Shown here: piece by piece, positions 1-10,238 of the stretch
How positions within the stretch are numbered: the stretch's first letter is position 1
Layout of the letters: each line of letters starts with the position of its first letter
From: Candidatus Latescibacterota bacterium
GTDB lineage: Bacteria; Latescibacterota; UBA2968
Assembly (NCBI GenBank): GCA_965207885.1
Contig: OZ242311.1
Coordinates: 3,872,001-3,936,000 of the forward strand
Reading direction: 5' to 3'
Length of the DNA: 64,000 nucleotides
The notes under the pieces: model-generated
What the model was told of the DNA's origin: nothing
What the model saw: only the letters and a program-made list of their open reading frames with translations
The model's database searches: none
Made by a program: the position numbers and the translations under genes

Positions 1-683
1 TTTGAAAGCGCAGCGACAAAAGAGGCATTCCGCATCCGCTGAATCAGCGTTGAAAAAATCCCAAAATAATCCGCAGAAATCGAATACGTGGATTCGGGCA
101 TACCGATATAATGCAGCGCGTAATTGGCCAGCAAACCAATCACCTCTCCGTCAACGCCTTGAAAACACAGCACGCCGATCTCCGGGTCAATCGGTCCCAT
201 TGGCGCCATCACATCGGGATTGCCCACCCCCGGGTTCGTGCGCACCGATCCGTCGCGCATGCGATAGCGGCGGTTAAAAACCACGCGGTCTTCAAAAGCC
301 CGACCAAACCCCACCTGCGCTGGCTTTCGGTTCTGCCACGCCAGCCTCACCGCATCGGCAATCCGATCAATCAAAAACGCCGTATAAGCATCATCGCCCG
401 TGACAGCCCCCGTGTGCGTATGCGTGCAAGAGATCAAAACCCGTTCTGCACTCAGTTCCGTCTCCTTCGCGATCCGTTCCTTAGCGCGGTCCAGGTAATC
501 CCGCTTCACCCCGATCAAATCGCACACCGCAATTGCCACACCTTCCCCTTCTCGTTCCACCACAAAACTGCGCACATGCAATGGATCGCGCACCTTTTCT
601 GCGAACCGATCCTCAAACGATCCCGGAATCATCGTACCCAGCGGTGGTGTAATATCCAGACATGCAACCCCTGCGGTGATCAT
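1..683 (-). CDS. Partial (runs off window) neutral/alkaline ceramidase N-terminal-domain-like protein
   Basis: Not in the ORF track because the stop lies outside the window. Read manually from ATG at 683 (GGAG RBS upstream): MITAGVACLDITPPLGTMIPGSFEDRFAEKVRDPLHVRSFVVE...AIAVCDLIG, matching the DITPP..G / DPL..R / DL pattern of this family. Confidence 0.7.
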   Translation of the reverse strand, partial: MITAGVACLDITPPLGTMIPGSFEDRFAEKVRDPLHVRSFVVEREGEGVAIAVCDLIGVKRDYLDRAKERIAKETELSAERVLISCTHTHTGAVTGDDAYTAFLIDRIADAVRLAWQNRKPAQVGFGRAFEDRVVFNRRYRMRDGSVRTNPGVGNPDVMAPMGPIDPEIGVLCFQGVDGEVIGLLANYALHYIGMPESTYSISADYFGIFSTLIQRMRNASFVAALS

Positions 684-706
684 AGAACACTCCTTTTAAA
701 AAAATC

Positions 707-2911
707 CTACGCTTTCTTCATTGCTTGTAGCGAGCGCCACGAATGAATCCCCGTTCGCCCCCAGGCTATCTCGGAAGGTACCGACTCATTGCCCGCCCGA
801 TCCACGGCCGTCACGCGGTAATAATACGTTGTCGAACACCAGTAAGGCGTGGCTGAAGGCAACCCCCAGTCAATCCACCCCGGCTCTGAGGGTGAGGCAA
901 TCAGGGTGCGCTGGTCGCAGACAAAATTGGGATCTGTGCTGGTGTACACATTGTAGTGATGGAAATCCGGATCCGACACAGGTGCCCAGGTCACCTGTAA
1001 TTCCGACACATCGCCAGTCTCCACATCTACCCCCGTCACCTGCGCAGGAGCCACCACATCTTCCCCACCCCTTTCGGAAGGGAGATATGCGGTATCATCA
1101 GTCAGCAGCAATTGATCCAGCTTCACATCCCGATCTGATGTTGTCGCCGTCAACACATGCGCGCCCCCATCCAGATTCAGCACAACAGGTCTTCCGCGCG
1201 CGTCCAGCACCCGCACCCATCCCCAACCATCTACCACTGCCTCACAGCACCCCACCTCCCGGTCATCACATCGTATATTGAATCCCAAAATGCGACCCAG
1301 TTTTCCTGCTACCCGCGCCCACAGACCATAGGATCCGGACCTGGGCACATCCACATCCATGTGTACCCGTCCCGACTGCTCACTATCCTTCAACGACACA
1401 AAATACAGATTGGACGCTCGTCCATCGAACTGGTCGGTTAGCCCTTCTCGCCGCCCCAGTTCCGGTTCGACAAATAGCCGCACAGGCTCTTCCCAAGGCT
1501 CACTTCCCACCCGCACTTCAGCAGAAGGTCGCCCCTCCAGACCGGAATATTCCACCATTGCCACCCGGTAAAACGCCGTACCCTCCCTGTGCGTTCTGTC
1601 TTCAAAAGCCCCCTCAATCACAATCCCCTCGCTGATCTGCTCAAATCCCTCGCCCGATTCTCGACTTCGGTAAACGTAATATCCCTTCGACTCTTTTGAG
1701 CGCGCGGGACGTTCCCACGTCAGCCTTACCCCCTGATCGCCCCATTCAGCCCGTAATCCTACCGGTGGATCGGGTCTTCTCAGCACAACCACATACACCT
1801 CGCCCCACAGCCCCACCATATCCGAATCAAAAACCACCTTGGTCCCATCGGGACTCACAATCGGCGCCGGATGCGTGGACTCGGCATCCGGATGCATTGC
1901 GTCCCAGCCCTGATAGGAGCTATTGTGGTGACAGATCCGGTGAATTCGCCCCCGCTCTTCAGTATGAATCAGCAAAATCTGATTGGCGTATGGCCCTCTA
2001 TCCGTCACATCTGAAACAATCCACTCGTTATCAAAACTCCATCCCCCGTGCATGCCACCCGACAGATCGACGACCTGTCGCTTATTCGTGCCATCTTTAT
2101 CCATCACCCAGATACTCGACTCTGAAGCATAAGACCATGCATGCCCGTCGTGCGCCCAATCCGGATGTCCCGCCTGTCCACAGGGCAACTCTGTTTTACC
2201 CGTTCCATCCGCCTGGATGATATAACTGCCCAGCCTCACCTCTTTGACCGGATCGTTCAAATTGTAAAAGATGGAATAATCTGCCCCCCGCGTGAACCGC
2301 AGCCGGTGAATATTGCCCTCAATGGGTACTTCTCGCTGTTTTCCGCTCTGGATATCGATCAGATAAACCGTCCACACCTTTTGATCCGGATCCTTTCGCC
2401 CCCGCACCAGGAGTTTCTTCTCATCGCTGCTCGGCGGACAAAACTCCACGTTGTGTTGCAGATCTACCGACGCGAGTTCGCACCTTTTTCCCGTCTTTAC
2501 ATTGACTGAACAGAATACCGTTCGAGAGCCGCGATTGGCGGAATAATACATCAAGTCCGGCTCCAAACCACTCCACAAAGGCCGCGGCACCCGTCCTTCT
2601 TCGCCGCGAATATGCAATTCCCGAATTCGCCCTCCATCCGCATCCATAAGCCAGTTTCCCCCGTGTTCGCCCGGTCGCCGCGACACAAAAAACAATGCGG
2701 AACCATCGGCATTCCACGCTGGAATATCGTAATAAATATGCCGCGAAATCGCCGGATCATGCGTCAGTTTCCACACCTCGGCATGCGTTCCCGTATCCCG
2801 AAAAATCGTGCGCTCAGATGCGTAAGCATCTCCATTTTTCAGCTTCTCATACGGCTTATGCCCGTCCCGCACCGAAAGCGCCTCCAGGTTGTGTGAGCGG
2901 TCAATGGCCAT
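707..2911 (-). CDS. Oligogalacturonate-lyase/TolB-like beta-propeller with FN3 and carbohydrate-binding-like modules
   Basis: F-R-D-x-x-T-x-x-E-V-W-K-L-T and HIYY..PAWN.DG N-terminus; HP.W/HP...SPDG..V.FDSD propeller repeats; two FN3-like segments (YYRVTAVDRAGNES). Start moved to ATG 2911 (AGGAG RBS). Confidence 0.65.
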   Translation of the reverse strand: MAIDRSHNLEALSVRDGHKPYEKLKNGDAYASERTIFRDTGTHAEVWKLTHDPAISRHIYYDIPAWNADGSALFFVSRRPGEHGGNWLMDADGGRIRELHIRGEEGRVPRPLWSGLEPDLMYYSANRGSRTVFCSVNVKTGKRCELASVDLQHNVEFCPPSSDEKKLLVRGRKDPDQKVWTVYLIDIQSGKQREVPIEGNIHRLRFTRGADYSIFYNLNDPVKEVRLGSYIIQADGTGKTELPCGQAGHPDWAHDGHAWSYASESSIWVMDKDGTNKRQVVDLSGGMHGGWSFDNEWIVSDVTDRGPYANQILLIHTEERGRIHRICHHNSSYQGWDAMHPDAESTHPAPIVSPDGTKVVFDSDMVGLWGEVYVVVLRRPDPPVGLRAEWGDQGVRLTWERPARSKESKGYYVYRSRESGEGFEQISEGIVIEGAFEDRTHREGTAFYRVAMVEYSGLEGRPSAEVRVGSEPWEEPVRLFVEPELGRREGLTDQFDGRASNLYFVSLKDSEQSGRVHMDVDVPRSGSYGLWARVAGKLGRILGFNIRCDDREVGCCEAVVDGWGWVRVLDARGRPVVLNLDGGAHVLTATTSDRDVKLDQLLLTDDTAYLPSERGGEDVVAPAQVTGVDVETGDVSELQVTWAPVSDPDFHHYNVYTSTDPNFVCDQRTLIASPSEPGWIDWGLPSATPYWCSTTYYYRVTAVDRAGNESVPSEIAWGRTGIHSWRSLQAMKKA

Positions 2912-2932
2912 GTCAAATCTCCTTTTTTTCAT

Positions 2933-3790
2933 TCAACCCATTTCAAACTGTCGCTTCAAAAACTCAACAGTCTCCCAGTAAAACCGCGCCTGAATCGCCC
3001 CTTGATCCTCCTCTAACACATCCTCTCGCATCCGCACCACGCACTCCACGCCCAGCGCATCCATCTTCTCCTTCAGCACCTGTCCGAATATCGGATGGTG
3101 GATTCCCCGCCCCGCATCCGGCTCGGGATCCATCGGCAAATTTGGCGTGGTGTACCACAACATCACGGGCGGCGCGTCTTTAGACACATAATTGATTGCC
3201 GAAGCCGCTTCAAACATCGCCCGGGCCTCTGGCTTGTTGAATTCCTCGGGCGAAAATCCAAAAAATAATTGCAGCGCCTCGTGTGCATACGCCGGCCCCG
3301 AAATAATCGTCCGAATAAAATGCGGATCGTAAGAACACTGCCCCTGCCACGACGCCACGCACGTCAACCGCGTGGATTGCCGGGCCACCGGATCTTCGCT
3401 TTCCGGCTCTGCTTCTTCCCCGCGAAACCCGATCCACATCGAAATCCCGGCCCCCGCAGATCCACCTCCAGCCGCCACTCGAGAAGCGTCCAAATTCCAC
3501 TCCTCTGCCTTCGACCGGATAAACTGAATTGCCCGCCGGCTGTGCTCCATCGCCGCCGGATACCGGTCCGTTCCCGAAAGCGGATAATTGATCGCCGCCA
3601 CAGAAATACCCGCCTTCAGACAGCCTTTTAGCAACACCTGCGAAATTCCTGCTTTGTCCCCACCCCGAAATCCTCCGCCGTGAATATACATATACACCGG
3701 TGTCGGACCTTCCGAATCTGCCTGATACAGATCCACCACATCCCGCTCGTGATCTCCATACGCCATATCTTGAAAAGTCGGTTCGCCCAT
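2933..3790 (-). CDS. Alpha/beta hydrolase (HSL/BD-FAE-like esterase)
   Basis: HGGGF oxyanion motif and GGSAG nucleophile elbow. Confidence 0.85.
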   Translation of the reverse strand: MGEPTFQDMAYGDHERDVVDLYQADSEGPTPVYMYIHGGGFRGGDKAGISQVLLKGCLKAGISVAAINYPLSGTDRYPAAMEHSRRAIQFIRSKAEEWNLDASRVAAGGGSAGAGISMWIGFRGEEAEPESEDPVARQSTRLTCVASWQGQCSYDPHFIRTIISGPAYAHEALQLFFGFSPEEFNKPEARAMFEAASAINYVSKDAPPVMLWYTTPNLPMDPEPDAGRGIHHPIFGQVLKEKMDALGVECVVRMREDVLEEDQGAIQARFYWETVEFLKRQFEMG

Positions 3791-3812
3791 TTTTCCCCCT
3801 TGAAAATCTCAG

Positions 3813-4628
3813 TTATACATCCTCGAAATTGTACGTATAAGGTTTCCGATAGCATTGGTCGAGCTTACCGCGCCACTCGCCTAAAACGCCCCGCAGATCG
3901 GAATTCCGTATATTCTGGAGAAACCATTCGGGAACCTCGTAATGCCGCATATTACAGTAGAAGGGCGGAATAAATGTATAAGTCATCGAATACCGCGTAT
4001 TCTCGGTCAGGATATGGGGCGCCGAATGCATCAGCGATTCCGTAAACAAGAACGCGTCTCCTGCCCTGCAAGTGGCCTCAATAGGCTCACAGGACTTACT
4101 CACTTCCGAGTAGTCACCGTGAACCTTGTGCGACTTATCCATAGCCCAGGTCCCACCATCACCAGGTCCCACATCCGTCAGGAACACAAAGAAATTCAGA
4201 TAAGGGAAATGATGCATTCCCGGGTGACGCTCGTCTTCGTACATTCCCCACTTTGGAGCACTACCGCGATGCCAGCCCTTTCTGTAGCTCATATCTTCCT
4301 TGTATCTTTGGACCTCTTCAGCGTTATGACGAAAATCAGCAGGTCGCTTTATAAAAGCCCAGGAATTCTTGAGTGTGGCTGCAATACCGCCGATCTCGGT
4401 ATAAGCTTCCAGAATGCAGGGGATTTTGATGAACTCGATAAAAGAATCATCTCGAAGAATGAGGGTATCTATTCGAGTGGTCGTCATGTCATTGCCCGTC
4501 AGCGACCAAATACCAGACGCGATGCGGTCTAACGTGGATTTGTAAGCATTTATTTTTTTGGCATCCAATACCCCCTCCAGTCGCACCCAACCGTGTTCTT
4601 CAAAATGCTGACGCATTTCTGATATCAT
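3813..4628 (-). CDS. Phytanoyl-CoA dioxygenase (PhyH) family Fe(II)/2OG protein
   Basis: F..HGW N-terminus, WHRG, LTDV..GDGGT...SHK, AGDA.LF.ESL.H, terminal R. Confidence 0.85.
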   Translation of the reverse strand: MISEMRQHFEEHGWVRLEGVLDAKKINAYKSTLDRIASGIWSLTGNDMTTTRIDTLILRDDSFIEFIKIPCILEAYTEIGGIAATLKNSWAFIKRPADFRHNAEEVQRYKEDMSYRKGWHRGSAPKWGMYEDERHPGMHHFPYLNFFVFLTDVGPGDGGTWAMDKSHKVHGDYSEVSKSCEPIEATCRAGDAFLFTESLMHSAPHILTENTRYSMTYTFIPPFYCNMRHYEVPEWFLQNIRNSDLRGVLGEWRGKLDQCYRKPYTYNFEDV

Positions 4629-6904
4629 AACCCTCTCCTTTTAACCCAGATTGGACTCGACCATGCGAAATCGCCCTGTGCCACCTGCAAATTTCCACAG
4701 CGCCCGCCCATCGGCACCCGGCTAAGCGGCTTTAGTCTAACCTCTACATAATAAAAATGTTCTCCAACGCCTGGCTCGTCCTCAAACCTCAAAACGGCCT
4801 GTTCTTTTCCGACCCATTGCTCCTGTACCTGCTCTCCATCCCTGAACAGCGCAATCTCCTGCACCATTCGGGATGCCTGCACCCTGCAGATTAAGTGTAC
4901 CTGTCCAGCCACCCGCACCTCCGATCCCATGGGCATTCCATTCACCCGCAGATCCAGCATAACACGAGCACCGTTGGTTGCAAAACACCGCCGTGCCCAC
5001 AGAGCTTCAAATAGTGCCTCTCGGGTCAACGCCTCTGCCCACACCCCCGTCAGAGCACCCCCCATCCCGGGCACAATCCGATGGGAATCGCTATTCCCCA
5101 TAAACGCCAGACGATAGCCCTGCCGCAGTGCCTCTGGAATCGTATCCCGCATCTGAATGTAAATATCCCAACACGAACACAGTTCCACGCCCCCGAGCCG
5201 ACTGCTCGGAATCACCCACCATGTGGGATGGTGCGGAAAAGTGAAAGCCCGCGTCCTCTCCATCGCTGCCACCCACTTCTCCAGTGTATCCGCATCGGAC
5301 TCAGTAAAATGATACAGCGGCATTTCTCCGTCCGGAAATAGCATAATCCGATGGTTCGGTCCGCTCTCCGATTCTTTGCGATAGGTGCGCTCATAAGCGG
5401 GAACGGCCACAAATCGTCCCGGATCGTTAAAGTGATCGGCCTCCGCCAGGATCAACTCGAGCTCAGATGGCGTGAGAATATTATCGTAAAGCGCATCATT
5501 ATCCGTCACCGCCATAAAATCCAGCCGTGCTTTGTAGCGCCCATACGCGTAATTCTCGTCGATCTCGCCCTCTGCATCACCCGATAGATTGCCATGACAG
5601 TGGAGGTCCCCCCAATAAAGCTTATAGGTCTTTCCCCCCACCTCTATTTCGGGCCGCTGATCAAACACAGGCGGTTCGGACAGTCGGATCGGTCGCCACG
5701 ACCGCCATGCCGAGACCGGACGTTCCTCCACAGGCTGCGCCTGATCCAGCGGCAAACTTCCGGCACAGATATCTGCATAATATCGCCCCTCGGAAATCTG
5801 GGCGGCAAATGGCAACCTCCCATCCACCACAGGTAAATCTCCATTCACCGTATAGGCGTGTACCCGCCCATCTACCTCACAGGACCGCCCCTGATTTCTC
5901 CCGGTCAGGGGCCGGGCGTAAAACAGCGCATCCGGACCGTGCTGGTTGACCAACTCATCCTCTTTGCGCTCATAAAGAACCCAGACATCCCCATTCGTTT
6001 CTCGCACAATCTGCGGCCGTCGCCGCCATCCCACAAACCCCATATAATGCTCGCGCCCCAGCAATCCATCGTAGAGATGCGCCACATACCCTCCGGGCAT
6101 AGTGCGATCCGGGCCCCTGTAGGGCGTCCAGGACCGACCGTCAAAATGCGAAGCCATCGCCTCCACTTTGTGATCCACAAATCCTTTGGGATGGATCACA
6201 TCGCGCGTGACCGCCCACGTCGCCCAGACCCCGCCCGAACCATCGGGACACAACCTCGGAAATAACTCCCAGTCATCTGTAAGCGAAAACTTCCTCGGCT
6301 TTCCAATCCCATCCGGCGTCCACTTTCTCAAAAACAGATCACAGGCCCCATTACGGAGCGTCTGGTAAGCCACCCAGGCACCCCTGGCATGACCACACAG
6401 CACGGGCCGATAGTGATCTCCCCCACCCTGCGACAGATCCACGGTCTCAGCCCAGCGATCCCCATCCAGACATCGCCCAAACACCCGACGCCTTCTACCC
6501 ACCAGCGCTGTCCAAACCACCCATATCCTGCCCTCACCATCTGAAGTCACATTTGGGAAAGCCAGACTCGCATCCGCCTCGGCCAGCCGCACCACCTCGC
6601 CCATTTCGTCTGCCGATCGGGCCAGCACACACCACCGTCCCTCCCGCACAGCGCACCACACCACCCACACTGCACCGCCCCCGCACGCAATCCGCGGCTG
6701 AAAATTGATCCCCGCCTCTTCGCTCACTACCAGCAGAGGACCTCGCTGCTGGCCCTTAAAAGACCGCACCAGAATCCGGTCTTCTTTGGGTCTGTACCCA
6801 TGCCATGCCACCCAGAATCGACCAGATCCATCCACAGTCAGCGCCGGGTCTTTATCCACATGCCCGCGGCGATGCTCTGACAATCGAATTTGCAAACGCT
6901 CCAT
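4625..6904 (-). CDS. Beta-propeller plus DUF3604/CehA-McbA-like PHP metallohydrolase
   Basis: YWGDLHCH..LSGD, LDF.AVTD, GNSDSH, LTGVWAE.LTRE.LFEAL..RRC.ATNG, AWSSPIW. Start placed at ATG 6904 to avoid overlap with the upstream gene. Confidence 0.8.
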   Translation of the reverse strand: MERLQIRLSEHRRGHVDKDPALTVDGSGRFWVAWHGYRPKEDRILVRSFKGQQRGPLLVVSEEAGINFQPRIACGGGAVWVVWCAVREGRWCVLARSADEMGEVVRLAEADASLAFPNVTSDGEGRIWVVWTALVGRRRRVFGRCLDGDRWAETVDLSQGGGDHYRPVLCGHARGAWVAYQTLRNGACDLFLRKWTPDGIGKPRKFSLTDDWELFPRLCPDGSGGVWATWAVTRDVIHPKGFVDHKVEAMASHFDGRSWTPYRGPDRTMPGGYVAHLYDGLLGREHYMGFVGWRRRPQIVRETNGDVWVLYERKEDELVNQHGPDALFYARPLTGRNQGRSCEVDGRVHAYTVNGDLPVVDGRLPFAAQISEGRYYADICAGSLPLDQAQPVEERPVSAWRSWRPIRLSEPPVFDQRPEIEVGGKTYKLYWGDLHCHGNLSGDAEGEIDENYAYGRYKARLDFMAVTDNDALYDNILTPSELELILAEADHFNDPGRFVAVPAYERTYRKESESGPNHRIMLFPDGEMPLYHFTESDADTLEKWVAAMERTRAFTFPHHPTWWVIPSSRLGGVELCSCWDIYIQMRDTIPEALRQGYRLAFMGNSDSHRIVPGMGGALTGVWAEALTREALFEALWARRCFATNGARVMLDLRVNGMPMGSEVRVAGQVHLICRVQASRMVQEIALFRDGEQVQEQWVGKEQAVLRFEDEPGVGEHFYYVEVRLKPLSRVPMGGRCGNLQVAQGDFAWSSPIWVKRRGL

Positions 6905-6944
6905 ACTCTGCAATCCTTTCGTGAAACGTCCCCTTCCAAAAACA

Positions 6945-7982
6945 CTACGGTGTTTGAAATTTTCGGAATTTTGTCCGAAACCTCGGTGTTTCAAGCACAT
7001 CACGGTTCACCACGGCCTCGGGAATCTCACCCCGAAGAATCTGCGCGGCCTGGCGGAATTTATCGCGCCAGGCGCCTTCAAAGTATTCATCGGTATGCCC
7101 CAGAGAGTGCGGGGATACAACGACATTGTCCATTTTGAGGATCGGATTGTCGGGATCGACGGGCTCCTGTTCGAACACATCCAATCCGGCCCCTCGAATC
7201 CATCCTTGCTGCAGCGCCTGAATGAGCGCTGCTTCATCGACGACGGGGCCGCGCGAGGTGTTGATCAGGTAGGCCGTGGATTTCATTTTGCGCAATTCTT
7301 CTTTCCCAATCAGATGGTGTGTCTCTTCGCTAAATGGGACGCTGATGCTCAGGAAGTCAGACTCGGCCAGAATCGTATCCATATCTACCAGGTCTGCGCC
7401 GATATCGGACACGGCGTCCTGTTCTACGTAGGGGTCACAGGCCAGGTGCCGCATCCCGAACGGCCTGGCCAGTAAAAACACCTCGTGGCCGATGTTGCCG
7501 ACGCCGATGGAACCGAGGGTCTTGCCGGTCAGACCTTCACCGTGATACGCATCCCGTTCCGACCAGCGCTCCTGGCGGGTTATTCTATCCTTGTTAATGA
7601 GTCGCATCGCGAGCGCCAGAATGAAGGTGATGATGGTGCAGGCCATTGGCCGGCGAACCGCGTCGGGAGCAAAGCAGAGCATGACGCCCGCCTGAGTGAG
7701 AGCCTGAACATCGATGTGGTCGTATCCCACACCGGTGTAGAGGACTGCGATCAGTTGGTCGTTTTCCGAAAGTGAGCACTTTGTCCAGTGAGCGGTCCAG
7801 GAGATAACCATATCACATCCACGTATCTGTTCGGCGCCGACTTCCGGCAGAAACCGATCGAATATCCGGTACTCGACTTCGGGCATCTCATTGAGCAGTT
7901 CCAGCCCCGGGCCGGGAATGGCCAGATTTCCGGCCGGATCGAAGAAATCTCTGGTAATTCCGAGTCTGACTTTCCTCTCCAT
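6945..7982 (-). CDS. D-isomer-specific 2-hydroxyacid dehydrogenase
   Basis: GVGYDHID, GVGNIG Rossmann motif, LINTSRGPVVDE, GAGLDVFEQEP, SPH. Confidence 0.9.
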   Translation of the reverse strand: MERKVRLGITRDFFDPAGNLAIPGPGLELLNEMPEVEYRIFDRFLPEVGAEQIRGCDMVISWTAHWTKCSLSENDQLIAVLYTGVGYDHIDVQALTQAGVMLCFAPDAVRRPMACTIITFILALAMRLINKDRITRQERWSERDAYHGEGLTGKTLGSIGVGNIGHEVFLLARPFGMRHLACDPYVEQDAVSDIGADLVDMDTILAESDFLSISVPFSEETHHLIGKEELRKMKSTAYLINTSRGPVVDEAALIQALQQGWIRGAGLDVFEQEPVDPDNPILKMDNVVVSPHSLGHTDEYFEGAWRDKFRQAAQILRGEIPEAVVNRDVLETPRFRTKFRKFQTP

Positions 7983-8017
7983 ATATTCTCTCCTGATTTC
8001 TTACTGGAGATCCCCGT

Positions 8018-8794
8018 TTACGGAATCGCCATTCTGAAAATGGGATGACTATCGGATGCGTTTGAAAGACACCCGTGGCGATTCACAAGCGGGATCATAT
8101 CCGTAGTAATGTGATCCACATTGATATAGCGGCAGATCAGGGAACGGCGCCTTTTAGAAGACGTATTGGAATCAGAGCCGTGGGGCAGGCACAGATGAAA
8201 AAAGAGGGCATCGCCCGCATTCAGAACAACGGGCACGGCATCGGTGGTATCAAATTCTCCTTCGTCAAACCAGGGCTGATCCGAATTGGGGCGTTTCAGG
8301 ATACCCTGCCGGTGCAAACCGGGCACAACTTGAAGACAGCCGTTTTCGGGAGTCGCCTCATCCACAGCGATCCAGACAGTGGCAACTGGGAGAGGTATTG
8401 AATAAAAATAAGGCGCGTCCTGGTGCCAGGCATGAGCAGACCCGTAGAAAGCGGGTTTGAGCTGGGCTTCGTCGCCGAAAAAGCGCAAGTTATCGCCCAG
8501 AATATCCCGCATACACGACAGAATGGGTTCACAGGTAGCCACAGACCGAAAAAAAGAATCGTGCCGGACAACGCGGCTGACTTTGCGAATGCGGTTCAAG
8601 GGATTCTCGGGGCGAATATCCAGGCGCTGGACCTCGGGTTCGACCTGCACGGCAATCCCGGAATCGAGTTGCCCGAGCGCAGCGCGATCCAGGTGTTCGG
8701 CGATCTCTTTGAGAAGCCCCGGCGAAATGAGTCCCTCTACAATGGTAAAACCGTCTGCGTGATAATCCCGGATTTGATTGGGTGTGAGAGTCAT
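8018..8794 (-). CDS. PhyH-family dioxygenase with canonical HxD...H triad
   Basis: WHQD, WIAVDEATPENGCL.VVPG.H, LPHGS..N.S..RR. Confidence 0.9.
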   Translation of the reverse strand: MTLTPNQIRDYHADGFTIVEGLISPGLLKEIAEHLDRAALGQLDSGIAVQVEPEVQRLDIRPENPLNRIRKVSRVVRHDSFFRSVATCEPILSCMRDILGDNLRFFGDEAQLKPAFYGSAHAWHQDAPYFYSIPLPVATVWIAVDEATPENGCLQVVPGLHRQGILKRPNSDQPWFDEGEFDTTDAVPVVLNAGDALFFHLCLPHGSDSNTSSKRRRSLICRYINVDHITTDMIPLVNRHGCLSNASDSHPIFRMAIP

Positions 8795-8870
8795 AAAAAC
8801 CTACCTTTTTTAACCCCAGATGGGTCTTTATCCACATGCCCGCGGCGATGCTCCGACAATCGAAAAACGC
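8791..8870 (-). pseudogene. Head-to-tail deletion scar of a paralogue of the 4625-6904 metallohydrolase gene
   Basis: 8822-8870 matches 6846-6899 (5' end, RLSEHRRGHVDKDP) and is joined directly to 8791-8824, which resembles 4625-4654 (3' end, PIWVKRR). Confidence 0.6.
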
Positions 8871-8977
8871 CTCGGAACTATCCCGAGGGTCACAAGATGA
8901 CTTTTGTTTTAGAAAATAATTGGTATATTCTTCACAAGAATCCTGATACAACCTGCATTTTCTCGGAGAAATCAACA

Positions 8978-10228
8978 GTGACAACAAACACCATTCGCGT
9001 GGGCATCATCGGAACTGGCAGCCGTGGCATCAACTGTATTAGCCATCAAATTGCCGAACAAGCCAGCGACCTGGACATCACAATCACCGCCTTTTGCAAC
9101 CGAACAGAAAGCCGAATGCACATCGCCCTTGAAGATGTGAACAGGATCGCGGCGGCAGCGGGCAACAGAACTTTTTCACCCACATTCTACAGCGCTCCAA
9201 CAGCCCTGATTGCCGACGATAACGTAGATCTGGTTGTCATCACCACGCCCACGGCAGCCCACCGCGAAGCGGCAATACCCGCACTGCGCTCGGGCAAAAA
9301 GGTCTATCTGGACAAGCCCATCGCACATACGCTTGAAGACGCCATAGCCATTCAAAAAGAAGAGCACAACACAAATAATCCGATGATCATGGGCTTTACC
9401 AGGCGCTATGAACAGCCCTGGATCGAACTCTACAACCTGCTGAAAAGCGGCGTCATTGGCGACCTCAAAATGATGCTCATTCGCGCCGTAATCCCCTACA
9501 CGCATTATTTTATGACCTGGCACCGCACGCGGTCCTTAAGCGGTGGTGCGCTCAACGACAAAGCATCGCACTACACAGACGTATTCAACTGGTTTGCGGG
9601 CGGGCATTGCCTCCAGGTCAACGCCTTTGGGGGGCGCAACCTCTTTGAAGTGCGCGAAGACGCCCCTGAATTTTGTGCTGTCTGCGACGACTGGACCTGT
9701 CCTTATCGAGCGGAGTTGGTCGAAACGGGCACACAGGATCAGGCTCGGGGCGCGATAGATCAGACCTTCGCCCAGGAAACCGATCCCATGCGCCGAAAAG
9801 ACAACTGCGTATATAAACCCGGCGCAGACATCTTCGACCACGCATCCATCCACTTCCAGTACGACAACGGAATCGTCGCATCCATCTTCTACGCCATTTA
9901 CGGTCCCCAAGCCGAAGATGAAGAAACCTTTGAACTCGTCGGCACAAAAGGCCGAATGATCCTGACGCGCCTGAGGGGCGAAATCGACCTCGTAACGGAC
10001 TATGGGGAACGCAGAGAAGAAATCATACAATGCAAAGCCGAAGCCTTTGAAACCTCTCACTTCGGCGCAGACCGCAAGCTGGTTCAGGAAATTGCCAAAT
10101 TTGCCCGCGGCGGTCCATCCCCAGTAGATGGCCAATACGGCATGGAAGCCACGCGAATGATCCTATCTGCAATGCAATCCATCGACCAGGGCGGCGAAAC
10201 GGTTCGCCTCGCCAATGGACCAATATAA
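8978..10228 (+). CDS. Gfo/Idh/MocA family oxidoreductase
   Basis: IRVGIIGTGSRG, LDKP, GFTRRY, SGGALNDKASH. True start likely GTG 8978 (GGAG RBS); the ORF-track 5' extension overlaps the opposite-strand gene. Confidence 0.9.
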   Translation: MTTNTIRVGIIGTGSRGINCISHQIAEQASDLDITITAFCNRTESRMHIALEDVNRIAAAAGNRTFSPTFYSAPTALIADDNVDLVVITTPTAAHREAAIPALRSGKKVYLDKPIAHTLEDAIAIQKEEHNTNNPMIMGFTRRYEQPWIELYNLLKSGVIGDLKMMLIRAVIPYTHYFMTWHRTRSLSGGALNDKASHYTDVFNWFAGGHCLQVNAFGGRNLFEVREDAPEFCAVCDDWTCPYRAELVETGTQDQARGAIDQTFAQETDPMRRKDNCVYKPGADIFDHASIHFQYDNGIVASIFYAIYGPQAEDEETFELVGTKGRMILTRLRGEIDLVTDYGERREEIIQCKAEAFETSHFGADRKLVQEIAKFARGGPSPVDGQYGMEATRMILSAMQSIDQGGETVRLANGPI

Positions 10229-10238
10229 AGGAGGAAAA

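Noticed and set aside
111-746. 211-aa plus-strand ORF
   Set aside because: Antisense shadow of the minus-strand ceramidase-like gene (1-683), which has an RBS and family motifs
8423-8977. N-terminal 185-aa extension of the Gfo/Idh/MocA ORF, suggesting a fusion
   Set aside because: It overlaps the opposite-strand PhyH gene; the Rossmann motif starts just after GTG 8978, which has an RBS
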